Of a stretch of DNA of 64,000 bases, positions 20,414-43,606 are shown one piece after another. Below the pieces are notes generated by a model. That model saw nothing but the letters and a program-made list of their open reading frames with translations. It had not been told where the DNA came from and made no database searches. This stretch comes from Monocercomonoides exilis PA203 (taxonomy: Eukaryota; Protista; Preaxostyla): positions 1 through 64,000 of the forward strand of contig LSRY02000077.1 in NCBI GenBank assembly GCA_001643675.2, written 5' to 3'. Position 1 is the stretch's first letter. Each line of letters opens with the position of its first letter. A program made the translations under genes and the position numbers.

Positions 20414-22975
20414 ATGACATCCAAATACTCTCCTGCCCCTTCTCACCCCTCGTTAAATAGCGCCTTTTTTTTTGATAGATTTGAAAAAATAAAAAATTAA
20501 AAAAAAAATATGTTTTTTGATCCTCATTGGAATAATAATTATTTTTCTTTTTCTTTTGTTTTCTTCGCTGAACCAATTTCTGAGCATTTCCGCCATGCGC
20601 TGAGCGTTTCTGAAAGGGAAGCAGACTTTGCAGCGAAATGCTGATAATTGGCCGAAATGGAAATTCCTGCATGACTTCATGGGCTGTCTGCTTTCGAATG
20701 TTGTGAATGAGCAGCTTATTTTTTTTTTTCAAGCCGTAGCATCCATTCTCGTTGTTCTCGTTCCTGCACATGCACCGCAGACGCTATCTCGACAATCTGC
20801 GATGACGTTGCATTTCACTCGCTTTTGCGTTTCCATCGGCGCCCATCTGCGCCAAGTGGATTGCAAATCGTTATTCTCCTTTTTCTCTCCATTTCCTCCT
20901 CCCCCCAGAATTTTAAGCGATGTGGTTGCACCCAAAAGAATCTGCTTTATATTTTATTTTTAAGGAAGGTTTCGCTTCTGCCCATGTTTGTGCGCAGCTA
21001 TCCTGCTTATAAACAATTCTTTTTTTTTTGGAGTTGCACAAGAAGTCCCATTCGAATATTCGTGTCTGGCCCTCAGACAACGTTTGCCAACAATTTAACG
21101 GGACTGAGCCGATTGGCATCGTTGACTCTTGAAAGCCCTTGAAGGAAGTGCTGTCTGTTTACTCGAGCAGGGAACCATCGTCTCCTTTCGTATCACTCCA
21201 CATCTATGGGCGCGATGGCACAGGAAGGGCGTGGCACAGCTGCAGATGCCAGTGGAACGTGGTGGTAATTGTTGCAGCAGTTGACGATGCTTCAAAAAAG
21301 GAAAAGGCAAATGGGGATACAAAGAGAAGACTTCACGAATGAAAAGAGAATGAAAACAAAGAAAAAGTCAGGTTCAGAAAACACAAAGAAGAAATGGACT
21401 TGAGGAACAAGATTTTCGTTTTTATCAGTTGCAGCTGCACAGCAATCGCGAATCGAGTGTTTTGTTTGCTCTTCATCAGTTCAGCACAGGACGCACACAG
21501 ACATCCTTCTGAACATGTGGGTTTTTCTGGAAAAGGCAAGAGCTTTCACAGCACCAGGCGGAACTTGGCAGCACCAGACAGCATGCAGTTCTGTGCTGCT
21601 CGATGGGATGATTTGTCCATCAAATCCTGCATTTGTTTCGTGTTTGTGGCTCTTTGCATTCATCATTATCATCATCTTCTTCTCCTTCTTCTTCTGCTTC
21701 TGTCTGGTCTGATGCATTTCACGCGCAACAATGTTATTTTTTCCCCTTGTCTTCTGAGCAGTCGCACCTCCAGCTGCATTCTGTTTGTGTGCTGCAACAC
21801 TCTCCGAGCCAGCCAAAAGCAAGTGTTCAGACATCGCCCAAACACATCCTCTTTTCTGCCTCATTCACAGATGGTGTTTTGCTGAGACCTGTTTTTTTCC
21901 CTCTCTGCCCATCTGCAAAGACGGAAAGATTCTTCTCTGAGTGTGTTTTCATCTGCATTTGCTTTGGCGTGTCTTCTCCTCTTCTGGTTCACACTGGCAA
22001 TCATTCTCTCCTTCTGAGTATTTTGTTGATTCTGTTTCTCAATCTGTTGGCATTGAAGAAAAGATTCCTTTCTTCGCTTCAAAGAAAGATCGAAATTGCA
22101 TCATTGAAGAGGATAAAATCATATTTCCACCCTTCTTTTTTTTCAATTCGTCTTCTGTTGAATCTTGAACCTGCTTTTCTTTTCTTTTATTATTTTTAAT
22201 TCTGTTTCGGAAGATGTGTACAACCCTTTTCTGTTGCACCGTGAAAGTGTTGTGAATGATTGGCTTTGCTTCACTCAATTAGCTCTTCATCAAAAGAATG
22301 AGTGAACTGTTTGTTATTCTCTACAGACTACTCAATGTCAATCCACTTTTCTTCCAATGTTGAACCTTTCTTCATTTGTCTTTTTTCTTTTTCCTGATTT
22401 TTTATTATTTCTTCTCGGAGATGCACATTGGAACAGAATCCTTCGCAATTTTTGGATTTCTCTTTTATCTTTCTCTCTGTTTTGCATTGGTGTATTTTTC
22501 ATCTCGAAGAGAAAATGAAAATAAAAATATTGAATTGTTAAAAGTCACTTGTTAATTTAATTTATTAATGACTCTGTTAAAAGAAATGCTCATTTCTTTT
22601 TTTTCTTTTCTGAATATTCGTTTATACTCTCCATGCAAATTGAAAAATCAATCATTCAAAATGAACTTATTGCTTTTAGAATTAAAAAGAAATCCAGAGT
22701 GTATGAAAAAATACAAATAAACTGATTAAATGCTTCAAACATTACCAAACTGAAATTCACCATTTTTCAGTTAATTCTTTATAACCTATTTTTCAATCAA
22801 AAGCGATTTATCAACATAAGCAAAATTTCTAATGAATCTTATTTTTCTTTGAAAAAACAATAATAAAAGATTCTTAAAAATGTTTGAATTTGTCATTGGA
22901 ATAGATACGCGTTCACATATATGAAAATACAAAAAAGATATTTCAATCAGCTGTTCGAAAAAAATTTTACCCATA

Positions 22976-32520
<9,545 letters not shown>

Positions 32521-32552
32521 GAAAGAAGGAGATGGAGGAGGAGAGAGATGGA

Positions 32553-32620
32553 GGAGAAGGGAGAAGGGAGAAGGGAGAAGGGAGAAGGGAGAAGGGAGAA
32601 GGGAGAAGAGAGAAGAGAGA
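32553..32620 (+). repeat. (GGAGAAG)n heptamer tandem repeat downstream of the LeuRS-like stop
   Basis: Directly visible. Confidence 0.85.
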
Positions 32621-33941
32621 AGGAAATGGAGAAGAGAAGGAAGGTATAGTTTTATGTATCGTTCATTGAATGATGGAAGTGATAAATATGTGCTTAATAT
32701 AATTTTATTTTCATTTTGTGATTTTTAATAAGTTTTATTTATTTTTATTCGAATGAAGTTTTATTCTTTGTATTTGTCTAGGAGGGGTTGTAAAGGGGTG
32801 TATTTGAGATAATGATTGTCGTGTATGATATGAGTACAAATATAAGTAGATTTTTTAGGCAATTGTTATCATTCTTGGCATTATAATTGTTGATGTATAA
32901 ATCCATAAGTATTAAACTAACATTGTGGTTTTTGAGGTATTGTTGCAGTATCTTGAGGAACATGGGGATAAAGTCGATATGCGCACAATAATCATGCGCA
33001 AAGGCAATCTACCTTGTCTGCACAAGCAAGAGTGATTATATTTTTTTCATTAATGTTTTTACATTACCTTTTTATTTTGTATTTTTTATTTTGGTACATT
33101 TTGAATACATTATTTTTTTAAGTTTTATTTTCTCAGATAAAGATAAGCCATTTTCTTGTCGGCAACTTGTCTTTATGGAATGAAAGTACTTTTTTGATGA
33201 AGAAACCATCCATTTATTCTCTTGGTAAATATATTTTTTGATTATTTCTTAGCAATACAGTATAGTTTATTATTATTGCTCAATTGTTATTTGACAAGAC
33301 ATTTGTATTTTTGACTCATTACGCTCATGTTGTTCTCAGATGTTGATGGCTTATTTGTTTCAATCTGTTGTCAGCAGCTATGTTTCGTTTTATACATATT
33401 TAGTCATAAAAAAAAATTGAGAGAAAAATGCAACAAACATTTTCAATTTTTATAAACAAGAAAAGGAGATATGTTGTAAAGCTATTAAAGTTTAAAAACA
33501 ACAAATATGATTAATAGAATTAAATGAGATGAACAAATTTCTCAAAAACATTATCAAAATTTGCAAGACTCATTTCATTGTTTCTCTCTCAAAAAATCCA
33601 CTGTTCAAAAACTTCTTGAAGAACTCTTGTCAAATTTGTTTGATAGTTTATTCATATGTTTTCTTTGAAGGTTCTGGTTTCATTTTTTCTGTTTTGAATA
33701 ATTTTTACTCATAATTGCTTGTTGGAAATAAAGCGAATTAAAACGTTGTTCGTTTAATATGTATTTTCCTTTAATATCAAAAGTGAATTGAAACTGTTAA
33801 TCTTGTTAACTTTCACAATAAATGAGTAAAAAAAGGCTCTTTTAGAAAAAAAAATTAATAAATAAACGAAGCTAAAAAATGAAACGAAACTGAGAAAACA
33901 AGAAACAAAAGGATGAATAATCTTATTCCATTCAGAAGGAA

Positions 33942-34114
33942 AAGAAGAAGAAGAAGAAGAAGAAGAAGAAGAAAAAGAAGAAGAAGAAGAAGAAAAAGAA
34001 GAAGAAGAAGAAGAAGAAGAAGAAGAAGAAGAAGAAGAAGAAGAAGAAGAAGAAGAAGAAGAAGAAGAAGAAGAAGAAGAAGAAGAAGAAGAAGAAGAAG
34101 AAGAAGAAGAAGAA
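33942..34114 (+). repeat. (GAA)n microsatellite
   Basis: Directly visible; source of the poly-R/L/F spurious ORFs. Confidence 0.95.
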
Positions 34115-34163
34115 AACAGACAACTATATTTCCAATGTATTCTCCTCCAAACATTTTCTACTA

Positions 34164-36892
34164 TTAGCTATGAGCAGCTATTTCAGAAACTGAATGTGTA
34201 GACGAAGTAAAAGAAGAAGAAGAAGTAGAAGAAGACAAGAAATTCTGATTCGATGTCTGTGTGTCAAATATTTGATAGAGCACTTGAAATTGACTGTAGA
34301 GCTCTTCAAACTGCTCATCAACAGACTTTGTTGGAGTTGTATGGATGGACAACGGAGAAGAAGAGGAAGAAGAAATAGAAAAAGAAGAAGAAGAAGATGA
34401 TGATGATGATGAAGTAGAAGGAGATGATTGTGTTTGTATGTTTTTGACACCAGCAGCCATCAAAAGTTGGTCAATTGCTTCGATTTCGTGTTCCATCTCT
34501 GCAAATTCTGTGTTGCTGAGTGGAGTTGCTGTGAACTGCCCACTCTCTCCAAATGATTGCTGGCTGCTTTGTTGTCTTTCTCCTGTTGATTCTTCGTTTG
34601 GATGAAATGCATTTGCAAAAGAAGAAGAAGAAGTCAAAGAAGAAGAGGAGGAAGATAAAGAGGAAGCAGATAAAGAAGAAGAAGAAGAAGAAGGTGATGA
34701 AGAAGACTGCCCAGTTGTATTTGGTGCTGAAATGTCCTTTTCGAAGTCGATGAGCATACTTTCCAGATCAAAATCATCGTCTTCCTCGTTTTCTCCTCCT
34801 TTCTTTTCGACTCCTCCATTTTTTGGTTGTGCAAATTGAGTGTTTCTTCCTCCTGTTGTGTTTGTGTTTGTCATCATCTGCTGCGAACGGAGTTGTTTCA
34901 TCTGCCCATTCTCTGCCGAAATAGAAGAAGAAGAAGAAGAAATAGAAGAAGCAGATGATGGTGTTATTGTTGTAGTTTGTAATGTTGTTCCAGTGTTTGT
35001 AGTATTTGTAGTAGAAGGAGCAGCAGCAACAGAAGAAGAAGAAGAAGAAGAAGAAGAATTCAATCGCACAAACTGCTGTCCATTTGCTCCTTTCTGAAGA
35101 GCACGCCTCTGCCCAGCTGCGTTTCTCAAGCGCAGTGGCTGCTTCGGAAGAGCCTTTGGCTGTGTCTGGCGGAGAGGTAGGGATGTTTGCTTAACTGATT
35201 GCGCTGTTGATGATGTTATTGATGGTGTTATATTCGTATTTGTGTCTGTGTTTGCATTTTTGTTAGTATTTGTGTTTGGTGTGGAATAAGATGAGGAGGA
35301 AGCTGTTGGGAATGCGATGGAAGTGGCAGCTGCTCCGACGATTCCAACAGACATTCCTGTTTGTGCCTGAGGAAGAGTCGAGGGCTGAGCAGATGGATGA
35401 AGAGAAGTCTGGTTTGTGTGAAGTGAAGAAGAAGAAGAAGACAAAGAAGAAGGAGGAATTTGATGTTTTGTTGATGGTATTGAAGATATTGCAGTTGTAT
35501 TCTGTTTTGGATATACTCCAATGGCAGCTTGTGGAGCAACCTCAGAACTCTGTTGAACTGTCTGCATTTGCCCTTGCATTTGTGTCTGTATTTGCGTCTT
35601 TGTTTGAGGGTGAGTCTGAAGATGAGGTTGAGATTGAATATGAGATTGAGGATGATGCTGAGGGTGCTGCTGCATGTGTGGATAGAATTGATGTGAGATG
35701 CCTGCCATCTGAGGGAATGCAGAAGATGTCTGATTGGCTGGGATTTGTGCATTCGATGAAGAAGCAACAGAAGAAGAAGAAGCATTTGAAGAAGATAAAA
35801 ATGAGCTAGTTGCTGTCTGGAAAGGGTTGGCAGTGTCAGCTCCTTCATTTTGTTGTGACGTGAAAGCAGAAAAACTTGACTCGGTTTGTCCAAATGGCTG
35901 ATGCAGCATATTGGACTCTTGGTGCTGCTGCTGCTGCTGGGGTTGATGTAATGTGGCAGGAGAAGAATGAATGGCAGGAGAGTTGATGGAAGAGGAAGCA
36001 AAAGAGGAGGAAGGCGTAGGTTGTGTCGGTGCTAGTGAGGATGAGGAAGCAGCTGATGATCCTCCCAAGGAGATTACTGTCTTTTGTGAAGAATACGAAG
36101 ACTGCTGAAAAGAACTTCCAGGTGTATTTGATAAGTGCTGTGTATTTGTTGGAGAATTTGGCATTTGATTGGTAGAAGATACGGTTGGCGAAGAAAGAGA
36201 AATGAAAGTGTGATCATGAGATGTTAAATTTGCCCCTGTTGAAGCTGACTGCATTTCAGGAGTTGAAAAGGTTGAAGGCTGTGAAGTGCTTCCTTCTTCT
36301 TTTTCTTTGTCCTTTTCATTTTGAGGAATTTTAATTGTTCGAGAGCGAAGTCCTGACATTGCCCCCATCATACCTCCACTTGTAAGAGAAATAACTCTGC
36401 TTGATCTCTTAGCAGAAGGATTCAAAGAAATAACTTCAGGTTTTTGAGGTTCTTGTTTCGGAGTTGATTCAACACGAACTTGAGAGCCTTGAGGAATTTC
36501 AATTTGTTGAGGATTAAAAGTCTGTGCTGGAGTTTGAGGGCGTGAAGATCCTATTATCTGTTGTGCAACCATTGACGTTGGGGCAGTTTGTTGAGCTCCT
36601 TGAAGTCGAATTATAGTCTTCGGCTTTGTCATCATTGCATTCATTTGTTGTTCTTGAGCTTAAAATGCGAGTAAACAAAGTAATATAACATTTAATTAAT
36701 ATAATCGCAATGCGTTGATAAGTTACCTATTTGTGAATATTGTTGCATGTTTTGAAGTTGTTTTTGTTGTTTTGGCAAAGACATTTGCTTTGCTCTTCCT
36801 TTAGGCTGTCCTCTTCGAGCAGATCCTCCTCGATGATCTTGCATTTGCCTCCTTTGCTGCATTTGTTGACCTCTTCCGCGAGTTCTGTCCAT
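34164..36892 (-). CDS. Hypothetical Ser/Gln/Thr-rich low-complexity protein, 2 exons
   Basis: Exon 1 (MDRTRGRG...YSQI) joins the 826-aa ORF in frame via GT-AG intron 36659-36726. No recognisable domain. Confidence 0.7.
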
Positions 36893-36991
36893 GTATAAGA
36901 CCTATAAGGACAGAAATTAAACGCTTAATAGAAAAGTGATCAAATAAACCATTTAAAATTATTCTTCTTTTCTAAAAGTGAAAATAATCGC
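36893..36991. promoter_or_regulatory. Probable bidirectional promoter
   Basis: Only 99 bp separate two divergent predicted start codons (36892- and 36992+). Confidence 0.45.
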
Positions 36992-37523
36992 ATGGAAAAG
37001 GAACCAGAGAAGAGATTGATTTCAGAAAGTTTAATTTCTTATTTGTAGAAAAGATTGTTAATTTTTGTCTTCGAATATATTGGCTACACAAATTTTTTAA
37101 TATTTTGCAATAAACAATTTGTACTATTTTAGTTCCATCGAATTCAAAAGAACCGGACGATCCAATGGCTCGCTATCGTGAAAACATGTTGCCTCCATCT
37201 TCAGCGTTAAGTCGTGCAAAAGCATTTTTGCCATTGCTTCAATCTTCGAATCAAGAGTTGGAAAAAAAACTTATATCCGGAGAGGTGAAAACGGAAGATC
37301 TTGATCCTGAAAATGTTGATCCAAATAGCGAATTTGTTGTAGAAATGGTTTGTGAGTTTTTATTTTATTCGAATTTTAATAAATGTTTTTTTTTTTTTTC
37401 CTGAAGGATTTGGCACTTGGAGTTTTCGAAAAGGCTCCAGAACAGAAAGAAAAGAAAATTGTAATACCTGGATTAACAGATAAATCTGATGGAAAGAAAC
37501 CTTCAATTCAAGAACTTAAGTGA
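36992..37523 (+). CDS. NOPCHAP1: NOPCHAP1/C12orf45 (DUF4598)-like NOP58 chaperone, 3 exons
   Basis: Introns 37029-37132 and 37348-37406. The motifs SSALSRAKAFLPLLQSSNQELE...ENVD...VEMDLALGVFE and terminal IQEL match the family pattern as recalled. Confidence 0.75.
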
Positions 37524-38006
37524 TTTGTAGAAATTTTGTTAATTTTTTTATTCATTTCACTTTTAAAAAAATACATTTCACAAAATTTGAGTAAATGATA
37601 AATTGTTGTATTTAAAATGGTATTGATGTTAGTCTCATTTTATTTTCAAGTTCGAAATAAGTGTCTAACATTTTTATTTCACATTGAGGTATTTCAAGGT
37701 TTTTCAATCTTTATCTAAAATTAAAAAATAGCTCATATTTGAACTTTTTGTGTTTGTTCTGTCTTTCTGTCATTATAGAGCGAAGTTACAGTCCACCTTA
37801 TTATAGATAAATATGGAAAAAAACAAAAATAAAAGCGATCCCAAAACAAAGAACTCTCAGAAGAAATAGCCGATAAGTAGTACAAGTCCATCAAACTCAG
37901 CCAATCATACCATCAAAGTGATAACTCAAGAAAGAAACACCCAACACACAATACACAACACACAGCACTCCACCACACAAATATATCCCCCTTATTCTTC
38001 AATGGC

Positions 38007-41000
38007 TCATTTGAAGAATCCAGCAAACGGGTCTTGCTGCTGTTGTTGTGTTTGTGTCTGTCTTTGTTGAGCAAAGTGTATCTGAGCAGCAGAATTTGAA
38101 GGAGAAGCCATTGGAGTTCTGTTGAATGGAGCTGAAGAGACAGCTGGATTGTATTGTGCACTGTACATTGGCTGCTGCATGGCGCCTGGCACAAATGGGA
38201 CAGCAGCAACAGCAGCGGAAGAAGGAGAAGGAGAAGGCGAAGGAGAAAAGAAGGAAGAGAGGAAGTCAGTGGAGACAGCGGCTTTGGCTGGTTTGTTGTC
38301 TAAAACAAGATCTTCATCGTCGTCTGTGACTGCATTTGTGGTCATATTCATGTTCATGTTTGAGGCTGAAGCAACACTTGAATTTGATCCAAATGCAAAG
38401 GCAGGAATAGAAGAAGAAGAAGGAGAAGGTGAAGAAGAAGCAGGAGAAGGAGAAGGAGAAGCATTCATTGGGAACATTGGAATAGAAGATGTTTGAGGAG
38501 ATGGCTGTGAAGGTGCCATTGCAACAGGCTTTGCTGTTTGTGCAGAAGAAGGTGCTGTTGAAGGAAAGGAGAAGAAAGAGGCGAAATTGGAATTAGCTGA
38601 AGAAGAAGAGGAGGAGGAGGAGGAAGGAACTTGACTGATTGGCTGCAGCTGCTGAGAAAGAGGAGGAGAAGGAGAAGAAGAAGAAGAAGAAGACAAAGAA
38701 GAAGATGATGTTGTTGTTGTAGATGGAGCTGGGGATGTTGTTGGAGAAGAGAAGAAGAATGGAACAGAAGCAGAAGCAGAAGCAGAAGCAGGGGAAGATG
38801 TTGATGGTGCTGTTGAAGAAGGCGAAGGCGAAGGAGAAGAAGAGAAGAAGGAAGGAGAAGACGTTGGAGCAGGAGAAGAATGCTGGGAAATGTGACTCAA
38901 TTGCTGTGTGTTAGAAGGAGTAGAAGAAGAAGAAGAAGAAGAAGAAAAGAAGGAAGGAGAAGCAGAAGCAGAAGGATGAGGAGAAGGAGAATGAGAAGAA
39001 GAAGAAGATGATGATGATGATGATGATGATGAGTGAGGTTGAGTTCTGTTTGTGATTGGGGCAGACAAGTCATCTAAATGGCCGTGTTGTTTGCGCTGTG
39101 CTATTCTTTCCAAGTCAGCCATGGAGAGCTCAGAGGGAAGGGGGGGACGCACACGCTGAGGGAGGGAGAGTGGAGGAGAGAGAGAAAGAAGGAAAGAAGG
39201 AAAGAGAAAGAGAAAAAATAAATAAATAAATAAAATTTAGAAGATGAAGAAGAAAATGAAAAATATTAATATTTTCATAACAAAAATGTATCGCAGTTAT
39301 TTTAAAAAAAGAATTTTTTTCAAAAAAAATACTGTAAATAAAACAGAATTAAATCAAAATTATACCGTTTGCTTCTTTTGTGCAGGTTTTGAAGCCATCT
39401 GCAGATGTTTTGGAGTGACAGTTGGTGGAAGTGGAGTGGGAGGACGCTGAAGATAACAAATATAATTGAGAGAATAAAACAAATAATTATGAATAAATGT
39501 TTGTTTAATAAATATGTTTATTTAGAATAATCACAGAAACATGAATATATTCAATGTTAATAACACCAAAACGATTATTAAAGAACAATATATATCTAAC
39601 ATATTTCTCATTCTATTTATCATTCATTCATTTCATTCACTCCTTCCCTCCTTCCCTCCTTCCCTTTCTCGCACAGACCGGCAGATCGCTTGGATACTCC
39701 TTCCCCATCATCGTCTTCACTCTCCACAGCACTTGCATTGCAGTTGGCCTGTGCTCTGGGTCTGGCTCAAGCATAAAGTCAATCAGCGACAGAAGCTCAG
39801 GCGTGTACATTTCACGTGGCACTGGGGAATGTGTGGGGTGGTTGGGTTAAAAAAAGGGGAGATATAAAAAGTAAAAATTAATGTGTGTATATGAATATGA
39901 AAATGAAGATAAAAAAAAATATGAAAAATTTCGAAATATTTATGTTTAAAAGAATCGGATGAGTGTGTATTTATTTTTATTTAATTGGGTTTTATCTAAC
40001 TTAAATGCAACAACTTCCTTCTTGCAATCCATATGTTAAAAGCAATTTCTTTTCTTTCATTGTCAATTTTCTTTTCGTTTTTATTTCTCTCCCTAATTTT
40101 CAAAATCACACTCACATACTTCCCATCTTCCCGTCTTTGCTTCTGGCTGCACTGAGCCTTTCTCGTTCGCTCTTGATCCACTCTTCTTCTGTCGGGTAGC
40201 TGTATGACAGATTCAAAATAGCCAAATTTCCTCCCTTTTCAAACGGGTTCTCGTAGAAGCACATCCCGTAAAGGAGACATCCCAGCGCCCAAATATCGCC
40301 TTTAAGTCCGATCTTCTGCTTCCGGAACAGATCTGTCATTTCAGGTGCCTTGTAGCAAGGAGTCGTGAATTTTTCAATGCGCTCAGAAAGCGAGTTTCTC
40401 TGTGATGGAGTCATCGAAGCAACATCAAACTCTTCTGTCGTGCAACTTCCAAAATCGCCAATTTTGTATAATGTATCATAAGAATGAAATACGTTTTCAA
40501 TCTTCAAGTCTCTGTGTGTAATTGGAGGATTTCTCGTGTGAAGGTACACGACACCTGACACAATCTGTTCAAAAATGCACAAAATTTGTAATTCTGTCAA
40601 ATGTGTTGTATCGGCAACACTGTTCATTTCGGAAACGAGGGTTGCTGGGCAATACTCCAACAGCAATAAGTACTCGCGATTGTATGTATCAACCTGAACG
40701 CATTCTGAATAAAGCAGCTGAAGAATATTCGGATGTTTCAATGATTTCTATAAAAATCAAAATAAATTTCGAACAATATATGAGAAACGTTAAGTTAAAT
40801 TCAAGCCATCATATTTATCTCGTGCTCACAGCTCGCAATAGCTTCTCTTGTTGAAGCTGCCATTCGTTTTAAAGCATATTGCTTTCCTGAATATCAAAGC
40901 GAATTCATCAAAATATTTCTCAAAAGAAAACGCAATACCAGAGTTAATATCTTTAACAAGGTCTACAAATGAAAATCCACCTAAAAAAACATAAATTTAA

Positions 41001-41143
41001 TCTGTTCAAGCATATAATTATTATTTAATACCTTCTCCAAGTTTCTTCTGGACCTGAAGGGTGTAAGGTCCCAAAGAAAATGTTTCATTTAATGTTGTTT
41101 GAAAGGAATCGGCTATCTTTGAAAAAAAAGTCTTGATGCTCAT
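38007..41143 (-). CDS. NAK-family Ser/Thr kinase (AAK1/BIKE/Ark1-Prk1-like), ~7 exons
   Basis: LGEGGFSFV, YALKRM, HEINMM, HRDLKIEN, IGDFGS, the NAK-type IEKFTTPCYKAPEM and DIWALGC, plus a disordered tail with a DPF motif. Introns 40981-41031, 40887-40938, 40748-40806 and three further downstream. Confidence 0.9.
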
Positions 41144-41661
41144 TTATCAAGATTTTTATGCAATTTGATCAAAATTCCCAACATTGAATAAAATTTGAAT
41201 TGATTTTTTGCTAAAAAAAAGGAGATGAAGAAAGTCGAATGCTCATGTTCAACAATGAAAAAAACAAACGAAATCTTTCATTTTTCCAACAACTTTATTT
41301 TATTTTTTTTAATTTTATTTTATTTTATTTTATTTTATTTTATTATATTTTATTTTTTTGTTTTGTTTTGTTTTGAATTTTGTTTTCAGCTTTTAAATAG
41401 TATTCAAAGTCATTATTCTTAAAAGAAAATTACTCACAACATAATTCTAAGGAGGTAGGTTAGAAGGAGTGCATGAATATTATTAAAAGACAAATGATAG
41501 TTTTTATTTTGGAAAATGAAAAATTGGTGTGTGGATGGTTTGATAACTCTTTTGTCATTCTATAAATAAACGAATAAGATATCATAATGTCCACAAAGTT
41601 TTCTTAGATTCAAAATCTTATCATTTATTGCGAATTAACTTTTTAATAGGAAAAATATATG

Positions 41662-41865
41662 GCTGATCCTTTCTGTAATCACACTTTTGTTCGAATTTTG
41701 ATCACAGTTTTTATTTCGATGAGATTTTTGTTAAAATTTTGTTTCTGCAATAACAACATCATGAACAACGTGTATTATCAGTCCAAGTTCTTTTTTTCAA
41801 AATCCCATTGAGATAATAATTTTGATCAAAACTCGAACAAAAGAATGATTTCAAAAAGGATCAGC
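41662..41865. mobile_element. MITE-like element with ~67-bp imperfect terminal inverted repeats
   Basis: GCTGATCCTTTCTGTAATCACACTTTTGTTCGAATTTTGATC... is mirrored by ...GATCAAAACTCGAACAAAAGAATGATTTCAAAAAGGATCAGC. Non-coding, with no clear TSD. Confidence 0.55.
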
Positions 41866-42147
41866 AACATAAACTATTTAGTATATTTTTTTTTATTATT
41901 GAAAAAATGATTGTGCATATTTGTTTATATAAATCAGAGAATAATGAAAAATTACAACAAGATATTAATTGCATTTTTCAACCAAAAGAGTGAGTAACAT
42001 TCTTTCCTCAAATTCAAAACGATGCAATAATTTTCTGGTTTACATAAGCACTTTTGTTTGAAAACATCTGACTGGAATAATTCAAAAAATAGTTGTTAAT
42101 TATACTTGAAAATAATTTCTTATCAAATGTTATGAAGAAAAATCTTT

Positions 42148-42148
<1 letters not shown>

Positions 42149-42193
<45 letters not shown>
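42149..42193 (+). repeat. Poly-T tract (45 nt)
   Basis: Directly visible. Confidence 0.9.
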
Positions 42194-42194
<1 letters not shown>

Positions 42195-43606
42195 TACCCA
42201 ACGATGAAATATTTCGATTTATTTTTTTCACTATTCTGAAATTTCAAAAAATGAAAATCTCTTTTGTGCACTATTTACTATTTAAAATTGTTTATCTTAT
42301 AAGTGGAAAAATCTCACTTTAAGCATTTTCATTAATTAATTGTGAACTTTTGTTTTATTATTTATGATTAAATAATTCAAACAAAACGTGTTCATTTTTT
42401 TAAAGTGCTTGTGAGGAAACAATAAATATTGCAATAACATCAATAATGAAAGAATACGGATAAAAAAGTCCAATTCATTTTGAACTCTGAGTAAGTTATA
42501 AAAAATTATGAGCAAAACAAGTATTTATTGTTATTCGCAAAGAAAAGCTTGAAAGTTCGTATTTTCCCGCTATTATACAAAATTTGACAACTTATTGTTC
42601 AAAATTAATCGAAATAAAGTTATTTTTTGCGTTCAATAAAATAAAATTAGTAATTAAAATGTTTGATTATTTTTGAAGTTATATTTTTTCATTCAAAATT
42701 TTTGTTTCAAGAATTTCCTTTGAACATAAATTCATTTTCACTGCAGAGTGAATAGGCTCAATAAAGACATTTGAATATTGATTTCAGCTGATTCACTTAA
42801 TTTTTAAACAGTTGTAATAAATCTAGCATTTGAATTCAAAAGCTCTTTTCAATGACATAAAAATTTTAAAAAGTCTGCAACCCGAAAAAAGTTATGATTA
42901 CAAAAATAATCACCCAAATAATACTTTTTTCAAACAAAATAATAATATTTGCATTCGAATTAATAATTGTTTTAAACAAAACATAATTTAATTTACTCTC
43001 TCTCACAAATTTTTGTGAAGATGATTTTTTCACTTTTGAATAGGAAATTATTTTGTAATGTTATTAATTTTTTTATGCAATAGATAATATTTTGAAAAAT
43101 TTTATTTTTACCTGAAAATTTCAATAATTACAAAAAATTTTAGTTCAAATTAAAATATAAGATATTTTTATTTCGAATCCAAATTTATTAATTCGTTTGC
43201 AAAATTATAAATTCGATTACAAAAATACTCATTTCGAGTAATTTAAGGTGTATAATTTTTATGAAATGAAGAAAAATGTAAAGATATTTGTGCAACATTG
43301 CATTTTTCACTTGATCCCTGCTTCATCTTGTGATTATTTAAGATAATTGAAGTTTGCTGACAATTCAAAGAATTGGGACAGAATTCTCACAATTATGAAA
43401 AATACAATGAATTGTTCCAACCTTTTTCTGCTATTGAATGATTATTATTCTAACATTATCGTGCAATATTAAATATAAAAATATAAAAAATTAAAAAAAA
43501 TCTTTGAAAGAACTGTGTGGAACAAAATTCATAAAATAAAAAATTTCGTCCCAATTAACCTTTTATGCCATTATAATTAATAATTGTTTTGTGAATTTTG
43601 AAGGAT

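Noticed and set aside
33855-34167. Poly-Arg, poly-Leu and poly-Phe ORFs
   Set aside because: Artefacts of the (GAA)n tract.
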